Shown one piece after another: positions 12,208 to 22,461 of a DNA stretch of 32,000 nt. Position 1 is the first letter of the stretch, and the number at the start of each line of letters is the position of its first letter. The position numbers were made by a program, and so were the translations under genes. The notes beneath the pieces are model-generated. The model did no database searches, was not told the DNA's origin, and worked only from the letters and a program-made list of their open reading frames with translations. Source of the stretch: Mycoplasma mycoides subsp. capri (GTDB lineage: Bacteria; Bacillota_I; Bacilli_A; Mycoplasmatales; Mycoplasmataceae); contig NZ_CP065581.1 of assembly GCF_018389705.1 (NCBI RefSeq), positions 780,001 through 812,000 of the forward strand, in the 5' to 3' direction.

Positions 12208-12981
12208 ATGTTACAACAGATTATTTTAACAGAGTTATTTGGAACTGCATTATTAGTTCTTTTAGGTAACGGAATTGTAGCAAACGTTGTACTAAAAGGA
12301 ACTAAAGGGCAAAATGCAGGTTGAATCTCAATAACAGCTGGTTGAGGATTTGCAGTGTTTATTGCTGCTGGAATATCAGCTGGATTAGGTGGAGTTGCTC
12401 ATCTAAACCCAGCAGTAACAATTATGTTTGCAATAAAAGCAGCAAATAATACATTTGGATTTGATGCTGATGCTATAAAACAAATCTCAGGAGTTGGATT
12501 ATTCTTTATTGTATTGATTGTTCAATTTATTGGAGCAATCTTAGGTTCAATTTTTGTAGATTTACTTTACTGAAAGCATATTTTAACAACTAAAACAGAT
12601 GATGATTTCCAACCTAGAGTTTTAGCAATTCACTCAACTGGAGCTACTCATAAAACACCTATTTTAAACTTCTTAATGGAATTTATTGGAACTGTAGTTC
12701 TATTAGTAGGTATTTGAGGATTAACTGCTGCTAAATCTTCAGTATTTTCAGCTATTGGTCCATTAGCTGTTGGTTTATTAGTATTTGGTATTGGTCTATC
12801 ATTAGGTGGAACAACTGGATATGCAATTAACCCTGCACGTGATTTAGGACCAAGATTAGTTCATACATTCTTACCTTTAAAAGATAAAGGTTCATCAGAA
12901 TGATCATATGCTTGAATTCCAGGACTAGGACCAGTGGCTGCTGCTGTTGTTATTGGATTAATAGCAATGGCTGTAAAATAA
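12208..12981 (+). CDS. glpF: Glycerol uptake facilitator, aquaglyceroporin (257 aa)
   Basis: From ATG 12208: [22 protein letters not shown]... Both NPA boxes are present (HLNPAVT and AINPARD). It is in frame with track ORF 12355..12573 and ends at TAA 12979..12981. Confidence 0.9.
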
Positions 12982-13004
12982 AATTTTATAGTCTAATCAA
13001 TTAA

Positions 13005-13040
13005 CCAAAATAAAAGCTCATCAATTGATGAGCTTTTTTA
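13005..13040. terminator. Bidirectional intrinsic terminator shared by glpF (+) and hpt (-)
   Basis: A perfect 26-nt palindrome AAAAGCTCATCAATTGATGAGCTTTT (13012..13037) is flanked by A/T runs on both sides. It sits between two convergent stop codons. Confidence 0.8.
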
Positions 13041-13613
13041 TTATCATTTTCAATCATCTAATTTAGTTGTATCACAAACTGCTACATATGGTAGGTTTCT
13101 AATTTTTTCTTGATAATCTAATCCATACCCAATAACAAAACATGGATCAATTGTAAAACAAACTCAATCAGCAACTAAATCAATTTTTCTCCCACTTGGT
13201 TTATCTAACATAGTTAGTATTTTAACACTTTTAGCACCTTTATTTAATAAATATTCTTTAACATATTTTAAAGTAAATCCAGTATCAATAATATCTTCAA
13301 CAATTAAAATATCACGATCTTTTACATCAGTATTTAAATCTAAATTAATTTTTGGAGCTGAATTTGAACTAGTTGATCCATGATAAGATGACACAACCAT
13401 AAAATCCATTTCCATTGTCAAATCACAAACCATACAAAAATCTGTATAAAAAGGTACACAACCTTTTAATAAACCAACAACTAATAAGCTATTGTCTTTT
13501 AAGTGTTTATCTTTATAATAACTTTCAATTTCTTTAGCAATATCTTTAGTTCTTTTTTGAATTTGTTCTCTTGTAAATAAAACTTCTTTTACTAATGGGT
13601 GTAATTTTTGCAT
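13041..13613 (-). CDS. hpt: Hypoxanthine-guanine phosphoribosyltransferase (190 aa)
   Basis: Track ORF 13164..13613 carries the PRPP loop ILIVEDIIDTGFTL. It continues past TGA as ...VADWVCFTIDPCFVIGYGLDYQEKIRNLPYVAVCDTTKLDDWKW to TAA 13041..13043. Confidence 0.9.
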
Positions 13614-13618
13614 ATCTT

Positions 13619-14050
13619 CTATAATTTCCTACTTTCTAAATATAGTTCTAAAATCAGTTGTGCTGCTAAACTATCTTTATATTTTTTTTGTTTTTCTCTA
13701 GTCAAATTAGCTTGAATTAAAATATTTTTAGCTATTTTTGTAGTTCTTCTTTCATCAATTTTAATAATTTGATCTTTATTAAAATTTTTATACATATCTA
13801 AAAACATTTCAATAACATAATCAACCATTTCAGCACGTTCACCAATAGTATTATTCATATTTTTTGGATAACCAACTACTATAATACTTGGGTTATACTT
13901 TTTTAAATAAGTTTCTAGTTGTTTTAAACCTTGATCAAAGTTATATTCTTCAAATCTAATAGTGTCTAAACTTGAAGCAATAATTCCACTACTATAAGCT
14001 AATCCAATAGTTTTACTGCCAATATCAAGTGCAATAATACTTTGTGTCAT
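13619..14050 (-). CDS. ruvX: YqgF/RuvX-family putative pre-16S rRNA nuclease / Holliday junction resolvase-like protein (143 aa)
   Basis: [21 protein letters not shown]...[21 protein letters not shown] matches the YqgF pattern (DxG..iG.A, GxP.nmdG). It lies 5 nt upstream of hpt. Confidence 0.85.
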   Translation of the reverse strand: MTQSIIALDIGSKTIGLAYSSGIIASSLDTIRFEEYNFDQGLKQLETYLKKYNPSIIVVGYPKNMNNTIGERAEMVDYVIEMFLDMYKNFNKDQIIKIDERRTTKIAKNILIQANLTREKQKKYKDSLAAQLILELYLESRKL

Positions 14051-14051
14051 A

Positions 14052-14873
14052 CTAAATAAACAATTTGCCTTTCTTTTGATTAATTATTAAAATGGTTGTT
14101 AATATTGTAAATGATAATAACATAGAAAAAACAACATCAGTTAAAAAATGTTTATTTAATACAATTCTTGACATAGCTACAATTATTATTATTAATCAAG
14201 TAAAACTAATTCATAAATAAGTTTTTTTATTGATTTTATTAAACAATAATAAAACAAATAATAAAGTTGTTGCTGAATAAGTATGACCTGATGGAAATGA
14301 GTTATGTTTTCATGAAGTTCATTTAATATTTCATCAGTTTCTATATAGTTCTAAATTAGTAGGTCTTGGTCTATTAAATGTTAATTTTAAAATATTTACT
14401 AAAATCAATAAACCTATAATAGTTATTAGTACTATTATTGATTTATAAATACTTAAATCAGGATCACTAATAATTTCTTTATTTATATGAAAATAATAAA
14501 TTAAACTACTAATAATTATTAAACATAATAAATTACTAATAATTGAATAAACTATACTTTGCTTTTCATATAAAAAGTTAAAGACAATAAAGACTAAAGG
14601 AATAATAAAATAAATTAAAGTTTCAATTATATTATTGATTTTTAATTTGTTTTTTAATTTTAAGCTTTTAATAAGATAAATTAAAGCAATAGTTAAAGGA
14701 ATAGATGGAATAACAACACCAAGATTTGATATAAAAACAGCTAAACTTAAATTTTCTGCTCTTTTAAAACTTGCGATTTTAAAATCATACACACTTCCTA
14801 AAATAAATAAACTGATTAAAATAATAAAAACAATTCCTGAATATATATAATAATGATTAATCTTATTTTTCAT
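14052..14873 (-). CDS. PAP2-superfamily membrane phosphatase (273 aa)
   Basis: Track ORF 14334..14873 is polytopic and hydrophobic. It continues through several TGA codons to TAG 14052..14054. The three PAP2 motifs are present: [13 protein letters not shown] and [12 protein letters not shown]. Confidence 0.75.
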
Positions 14874-14892
14874 GTAGTTATTTTAACAAAAT

Positions 14893-14918
14893 AAAAAAGA
14901 GTGACTAGACTCTTTTTT
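14893..14918. terminator. Intrinsic terminator downstream of eno
   Basis: AAAAAAGAGT-gactag-ACTCTTTTTT forms a 10-bp stem with A and T runs on either side. It lies 19 nt after the eno stop. Confidence 0.6.
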
Positions 14919-14936
14919 AAAATTATTTAATTACTA

Positions 14937-16292
<1,356 letters not shown>

Positions 16293-16499
16293 AAATATCC
16301 CTTTCTGAAAAATAATTTCTAATACAAAAGTTATTATATTACATAATAAGTACTTATTGTTGTTTTTATAGAAAATGAAAATTTGCTAATAATTAATATT
16401 TTAATAAAATATTAATTTAAAATTTTACTCTCTTTTAGATTTTAAATCAGTAGATACGATTAAGTTATAATTTAAGTTATAAGGAATTATTTTAAAGTT

Positions 16500-16703
16500 A
16501 TGAGCAACTTTACAAAAAAACAGAAGTTAATTTTTAATATTTTATTAATAGTATTTAGTATTGTAGGTTTAATTGGTTTTATTTTTTATTTAACTAAATT
16601 TATTAATTTAGCAATTATATTTTTATCAATATCTGGAATTAGTTTTATTTTACTTATGATAATTTGATTTGTATTTGAAAAAACAAATAAAAAGGACAAA
16701 TAA
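16500..16703 (+). CDS. Hypothetical small membrane protein (67 aa, two predicted TM helices)
   Basis: ATG 16500 to TAA 16701..16703: MSNFTKKQKLIFNILLIVFSIVGLIGFIFYLTKFINLAIIFLSISGISFILLMIIWFVFEKTNKKDK. It has a positive-inside charge pattern and one TGA (Trp), and it ends 3 nt before the murR-like ATG. The SD is poor (AAGGA lies 14 nt upstream). Confidence 0.35.
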
Positions 16704-16706
16704 TTG

Positions 16707-17540
16707 ATGACTGAAAAACAAATAATAAGAACAATTAAAAAAATTAGTTTAGATACAGATCATCGTTTTTGTTTTATTGCAAATTATGTTTTAAATAATT
16801 TAGATAGTATTGAAAAAATGACTATTAACCAATTAGCAAAAGCTACATATACATCAGTTGCAACTATTAATAGATTTGTTAAATTTTTAAATTTAGATGG
16901 ATATAAAGAATTAGTTCATATTATTAAATATTTTAAAAATAGTCTGCAAGGTGATCAAATTACTTACTCACTTACTAGTAATTCACTAATACTTAATGCA
17001 TATAATAATATAATTTCTAGTTTAAATGAAACTTTTAAATTAACAATAGAACAACAAGATACTATTAAAAATTTAATTAGTAAAATTAAAAATGCTCTTA
17101 AAATAGCTGTTTTTGCTGTTGGTGGTACTTTTAATGTTGCTAAAGATTTTGAACAAAAGTTGTTAAGAATTGGGTTTAACATCACTGCTGTTAATGATTT
17201 TCATAATGCTTATTTATTAGCGTGTCAGTTAAATAAAAATGATTTAGCTATATTTATTTCATATTCTGGAGAAACACTTGATTTAATTAAATTAGCTCAA
17301 GTTTGCACTAAAAATAATGTTCAAATTGCTGTAGTATGTAAAGCAACTAATAATACACTTTCAAATTTATCTAATTATTTGATAAACATTAGCAGTAATG
17401 AAAAAATTGATCGTTTAGTTTCTAGTACTAGTAGGTTTTCACTACTGTTTGCTTTGGATCTTATTTATACATTTTTACTATCAACTGATTTAAAAAAATA
17501 TACCAAGTTATTAGAAAAAACAATGATATCAAAATTTTAA
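16707..17540 (+). CDS. RpiR/MurR-family transcriptional regulator (HTH + SIS domain)
   Basis: The N-terminal HTH region reads INQLAKATYTSVATINRFVKFLNLDGYKEL. The C-terminal SIS-like region reads IAVFAVGGTF...AIFISYSGET. ATG 16707 is preferred over the track's TTG 16704. The gene lies immediately upstream of the PTS and murQ genes. Confidence 0.85.
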   Translation: MTEKQIIRTIKKISLDTDHRFCFIANYVLNNLDSIEKMTINQLAKATYTSVATINRFVKFLNLDGYKELVHIIKYFKNSLQGDQITYSLTSNSLILNAYNNIISSLNETFKLTIEQQDTIKNLISKIKNALKIAVFAVGGTFNVAKDFEQKLLRIGFNITAVNDFHNAYLLACQLNKNDLAIFISYSGETLDLIKLAQVCTKNNVQIAVVCKATNNTLSNLSNYLINISSNEKIDRLVSSTSRFSLLFALDLIYTFLLSTDLKKYTKLLEKTMISKF

Positions 17541-17615
17541 ATTTTTACATTTTTTGATATAAAATTACAACCTATATAAATAAGAAAATTTAATATCTTC
17601 TTCTTTTTTAAAATA

Positions 17616-17646
17616 AAATTGTATATTAACTAAAAATATACAATTT
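17616..17646. promoter_or_regulatory. Inverted repeat AAATTGTATAT-N9-ATATACAATTT between the regulator and the PTS gene (candidate operator or attenuator stem)
   Basis: Perfect 11-nt arms (17616..17626 and 17636..17646) end 15 nt before the PTS ATG at 17662. Confidence 0.3.
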
Positions 17647-17661
17647 AAGAAGTGATATTAA

Positions 17662-19388
17662 ATGATTAAAGACCCTAAAATAACTGCTAAAGAAATTTTA
17701 CAAATTATAAAAATTGATAATATTAACTCTTATACTAATTGTTTAACAAGACTACGTTTAAACATTAAAGAAAATAATATTGATTTTGAAAAATTAAAAT
17801 CTATACCAAATGTATTAGGTGTTATAAATGTTTCTTCTAATGAATTACAAATAGTTCTAGGACCTGGATTTGTAAATAAAGTAGCTCAAGAATTTGCACA
17901 ATTACTAAAAGTAGAATCTAAAAAAGATGATGCGTTTATGTCAGCATCTGAGGTTGGAAATATAGTAAAACAAAATCTTAGAGCTAATAAAAATTGAATT
18001 CAAGATTTTTTTACTAAGTTTTCTAAAATATTTTCACCAATGATAATAGGATTTATTGGCGCTGGAATTTTATCAGGAGTTAGTGGAATAATTCAATCTG
18101 CATATAATGGAACTGTTAATTTAAAAACAGCACCAGCTATAGCTGTTTCTTGATTTAACGCCTTAAATTTAATATTAAATATTTCAAAAAATGCATTTAT
18201 TATCATTGTTGGATGAAGAACTTGTGAGATTTGAGGTGGAAGTGGGGTTTTAGGAGCTATGACTGCTGCTTTATTTTCACCAGTATTTGCAAGTAACATT
18301 TTACCTATGATTGTAATTAATAATAAAGATAGTATTAATTATTTAGGAATTAATATAACAAATCCAACTACTAATTGATTAACTGTTGGTTTTAGACCAG
18401 TTATTAAAAACGGTGAAATAATTTTTTCATATCCATCAGGAAATATTTTAGGTGCTTTGTTAACTGCAACAGCATCACTATGAATAGAAAAAATAATTCG
18501 TAAATTTACACCCGGAGTACTAGATACTATATTAACACCAACATTAACGCTATTTTTACTACTTATTATTAATATCTTTTTAATAATTCCAATTTCTGGA
18601 ATATCTTTTTAATAATTCCAATTTCTGGATATTTATACACTGCTGTTGCTTGATTTTTTTCAAATTTATATACCAACCCTTTTGGTGCATTTATTTTATC
18701 TGCTATTTTTTTACTATCTGTTTCTTTTGGTGTTCACCAAGGTTTTGTACCAATTTATGCTATTTTAATTGAAAAAACAGGAGTTAATGGATTATTTCCA
18801 ATTTTGGCAATGGCAGGTATGGCTCAAGTTGGAACCGGTATTGCTTTGTGATTTTTAGCAAATAAAAAAAGTTTGTTACGTCGTCAAATTCAAGGAGCAA
18901 TAATTCCTGCTATTTTTGGAATTGGTGAACCAATGATTTATGGAATAACTCTTCCAAGAATTAGACCATTTGTTACAGCATCAATAGCTGCAGGTTTTGG
19001 TGGTTTTTTCTTAGGTTCAATTTATTTATGAGGAAATGTTCACTTTGGTTTAAACTCAATGTTTGGTCCTAGTGGAATATTAGCAACCTTTATGATGACA
19101 ACTCAAGATAAAAATATAGGACTAGGAGTTTGTATTTATTTATTAGGTTGCTTGGTCTCAGTTATTTTTGGAATATTAATAACATTATTTGGTTATTCAA
19201 AAATATCTAGAATTGGAACTGAAAAAATGAAAAATATATATAAAAAAGGTCAATATAAATTAAGTTTAAAAATATTTCTAACATTAACATTTATTACAAT
19301 TATTGGTATTTTTATATATTGAATAACAAGTTATTACAAATTACCAAAACAAGAACGAATTAAGCTTGCAAATATTAAGGTTGAATAA
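17662..19388 (+). pseudogene. PTS glucose-family EIIBC component (MurP-like), frameshifted by a 29-bp tandem duplication
   Basis: An EIIB domain with the active-site CLTRLR motif (track ORF 17662..17997) runs on through TGA codons into EIIC. The frame hits TAA at 18610..18612 inside duplication copy 2. The remaining EIIC (...GVHQGFVPIYAILIE...GEPMIYGITLPR...; track ORF 19059..19322) continues in the +2 frame to TAA 19386..19388. Removing one 29-bp copy gives a single 565-codon ORF. Confidence 0.85.
18572..18629 (+). repeat. Perfect 29-bp tandem duplication (2 copies)
   Basis: The unit atatctttttaataattccaatttctgga occurs at 18572..18600 and again at 18601..18629 with no mismatch. Confidence 0.97.
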
Positions 19389-19390
19389 TA

Positions 19391-20299
19391 ATGAAAAATA
19401 ATAATTTATTAAATATTGAAACTGAAAATATAAATAAAAATAGCTTAGATATTGATAAAAAAAGTACATCTGAAATTATAAAAATTATTAATAATGAAGA
19501 TATAAAAGTTGCTTATGCAATTAAAAAAGAATTAAATCAAATTTCAAATGTAATTGATCTAATATTTGAACGTTTTAAAAAAGGTGGAAGACTAATTTAT
19601 ATTGGTTCAGGAACTTCAGGAAGACTAGGAATTTTAGATGCATCAGAAATGTATCCAACATATGGTATCAATCCAAATAGAATTATTGGAATTATTGCTG
19701 GGGGAAATAAAGCGATAAAAAATCCTATTGAAGGCGCTGAAGATAATGAAAAATTAGCAATAATAGATTTAAATAAAATCAAGCTAAATTCGCTTGATAC
19801 AGTTATTGGAATAGCTTCATCAGGAAAAACCCCTTATGTTCTTTCAGCACTAAAATACGCTAATAAAAAAGATGCTTTATCTGTTGGTTTATGCATGACT
19901 AAAAATTCAGAAATGACAAAAATAGCTAATCAAGTTATTAGTGTTAAAACTGGAGCTGAAATAATAACTGGTAGTACAAGAATGAAAGCAGGAACTGCTA
20001 CTAAATTAATATGTAATATGATAACAACAACACTAATGATTAAATTAGGAAAGGTTTATAAAAATTTAATGATAGACTTAGTAGCAACTAATGACAAATT
20101 AAAAAAACGTGCTTTTAAGATAGTTAAACAAATAACAAACGCTAAAGATCATATAATTTATAAGGCATTAAATGAATCTAATTTTTCTTGCAAGCATGCA
20201 ATTATAATGATATTAAAAAATATTTCTTATAGTGAAAGTGTTTTATTATTAGAAAATTGTGATAATTCATTAACAAAATTATTAGAAGAAAAAGTATAA
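19391..20299 (+). CDS. murQ: N-acetylmuramic acid 6-phosphate etherase (302 aa)
   Basis: A SIS-domain protein with ...GGRLIYIGSGTSGRLGILDASEMYPTYG...GIASSGKTPYV...TGSTRMKAGTATK... in the MurQ pattern. Its ATG lies 2 nt after the PTS stop. Confidence 0.88.
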   Translation: MKNNNLLNIETENINKNSLDIDKKSTSEIIKIINNEDIKVAYAIKKELNQISNVIDLIFERFKKGGRLIYIGSGTSGRLGILDASEMYPTYGINPNRIIGIIAGGNKAIKNPIEGAEDNEKLAIIDLNKIKLNSLDTVIGIASSGKTPYVLSALKYANKKDALSVGLCMTKNSEMTKIANQVISVKTGAEIITGSTRMKAGTATKLICNMITTTLMIKLGKVYKNLMIDLVATNDKLKKRAFKIVKQITNAKDHIIYKALNESNFSCKHAIIMILKNISYSESVLLLENCDNSLTKLLEEKV

Positions 20300-20302
20300 T
20301 AC

Positions 20303-20346
20303 AAAAAACTGAACAACAAAACTTTATTTTGTTAGTTCAGTTTTTT
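20303..20346 (+). terminator. Intrinsic terminator after murQ
   Basis: A 13-bp stem with one bulge (CTGAACAACAAAA / TTTTGTTAGTTCAG), a 5-nt loop, then TTTTTT (20341..20346). Confidence 0.75.
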
Positions 20347-20614
20347 ATTTTATTAACTACTTAAAATTGTTCTTTAAATTCTGGAGTATTAGATTTTTAT
20401 TCAGATTTTATAAAAATTAGGAAGAACTATATATTTTAGCGTTACCTTTATCTGATTGTTATGGATATTTATAAAATATATGCATTAAATATACATTTAT
20501 TATTTTTTAGTATTTGATATTTGATTAAAATTAAGTATAAATTTATTCAATTAATTTAATTTCTTTTAATTTCTAGGTAATTTTCTTAATTATTAAATGT
20601 TTTTTAACATTACT

Positions 20615-21385
20615 TTAATTTTTATTCCTAAATTGAGGTCATAATCTTTTGTTATCTTTAAAGCCTGCTTCATTGGCAAAGCCAGTTGTAAATGGTGCTT
20701 TGATTGCTTTTCATTTACTTAAGTCTTGATTAAATGATTCTGCGTAGGCAAACATATAGTTCATATCATCTACATTATCTGTATTTCATTGAGATATATT
20801 TTGATTAAATTTTTTAGCACCAAAAAAAGTTTGAAACATATTTCTTATTCTCGATGTGTCTCAAAATTCTATTCCGCTTATATAATCATTTTCATTATCT
20901 TTAAATGCTTTTTCTAAACTAGTAACTATTCTTGGAAGAAATTTAGGGACTTTATTAATGTTAGATGGAATTTCTTTTAGTTTATAACCATTTTTTGGGT
21001 TATTTGTTTTTTCGTATCCCAGAAATAGTATTTCTTTAGAATTTTTAGGATTTACAAAATGCGGTCTGCTATCTTTTTTAACATCTTTAAGTCAATTGTA
21101 GTAAGCATAAATGAACTCTTTTTCATCTTCTGTACTAGAAAAGATATTGTCTTTAAGATCGTTTGGTGATGTTGAGCTTGAACTATTTCTATTATTGTCT
21201 TTTTGTTGATCAGTTTGATAAGTTTTATTTGTAGACTCTGATCTTTCCTGATCTTTTTTAGGAATATCTTTATTTTTAGGTTTGATAATTTTCGGCTTTT
21301 CATTATTAGTTTTACAAGATACAACTAAAACACTACTTGTAGCTATTAAACTAAAAGAAGTTAATAATGCTAAAATTTTTTTCAT
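20615..21385 (-). CDS. Lipoprotein with DUF285-type (Mycoplasma BspA-like) repeats, paralog A (256 aa)
   Basis: Signal peptide plus lipobox MKKILALLTSFSLIATSSVLVVSC. A charged low-complexity linker follows. After TGA the C-terminal domain reads ...GIEFWDTSRIRNMFQTFFGAKKFNQNISQWNTDNVDDMNYMFAYAESFNQDLSKWK..., which fits the W-D/N-T-x-x-V-x-x-M-x-x-M-F...FNQDLS-x-W repeat recalled for PF03382. Ends at TAA 20615..20617. Confidence 0.8.
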
Positions 21386-21446
21386 ATTCGCACGTCTTTC
21401 TAAAAATTAATATCAAAATATATTTAACAAATCTATCTAATAAATA

Positions 21447-22217
21447 TTAATTTTTATTTTTAAATTTAGGTAATAATTCTTTTTTACTTTCAAAACCAGA
21501 ATATTTATCAAAGCTAACAGGGAATGGATCTTTTAAAACATTTCAATTACTTAGGTCTTTGTCAAAAGCACTAGCACCAAAAAACATATAATCAAAATTA
21601 CTTACATTATCTGTTTTTCATCTAGTTATATCACCATTGAAATTTTTTGCACCAAAAAAAGTCTGATACATATTTTTAATATGACTAGTATCTCAGTATT
21701 CAATTCCATCTATATTAGCATTTTCATTATCTTTAAATGCACTTTCCAAACTAGTTATCTCTTTTAAAAGAAAAGAAGGAACCTTTTTTACATTTTTTGG
21801 AATTTGCTTTAATTTAAGACCATATTTTGGATTTGTAGATTTTTCATATCCTAATATTAATATTTCTGTTGGATCTTTAGGATTAATAAAATGATCTGAA
21901 TTATCTTTTGTTCTCTTTTTTAATCAATTATTATACTCATTAACGTATTCTTTAAAAAATATTCTATCATCTTCAGCACTAGAAAAAATATTATATTTAT
22001 TTGATGAACCTAATTCTGATTTATTTTTTAAATGATTATCTTCTGAATCTTTATTAATAGATTCTAATTTTTTTTCATCTTTTTTAGAACTATTTTCAGT
22101 TATGTTTTTTGGTTTTTCAAATAATTTTTTAATATCAACAGTTTTACAAGATACAACTAATACACTACTTGTAGCTATTAAACTAAAAGAAGTTAATAAT
22201 GTTAGGACTTTTTTCAT
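21447..22217 (-). CDS. Lipoprotein with DUF285-type repeats, paralog B (256 aa)
   Basis: MKKVLTLLTSFSLIATSSVLVVSC lipobox, a diverged charged linker, then ...GIEYWDTSHIKNMYQTFFGAKNFNGDITRWKTDNVSNFDYMFFGASAFDKDLSNWN...PKFKNKN. Ends at TAA 21447..21449. It has the same length and architecture as paralog A. Confidence 0.8.
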
Positions 22218-22461
22218 ATAATCTATCCTTACTTTTAATAAATTTATATTTTATTTGCCAATTTATAAAATAAAACTAGTATGTTCTATTTTTCTTATAT
22301 ATTATGCTTGAAAAACTTTACATTGAAAAGTATTTTTTTACAATATTATTTAGTGTTTTTTAATTAAAAATAAATAAAAACTTAATATTTTAAACTAAAA
22401 AATAATTAATAAGAATCAATGTAATAAAATTAATATATTGCTTAAATTTAGAGGTGTTAGA

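Noticed and set aside
20347-20614. Possible remnant of a third DUF285 lipoprotein gene downstream of paralog A. Short stretches resemble the paralogs' 3' ends, for example taatttctaggtaatt compared with aaatttaggtaata.
   Set aside because: All three minus-strand frames are full of TAA and TAG stops, and none shows the WDT...MF...FNQDLS motif. The similarity is limited to short AT-rich strings, so it cannot be supported without an alignment tool.
21052-21324. A 90-aa same-strand ORF overlaps lipoprotein paralog A in another frame.
   Set aside because: The alternative frame (start 21385) has a canonical signal peptide and lipobox and a conserved C-terminal domain shared with paralog B. The 21052..21324 product is a K/I-rich artefact of the low-complexity linker.
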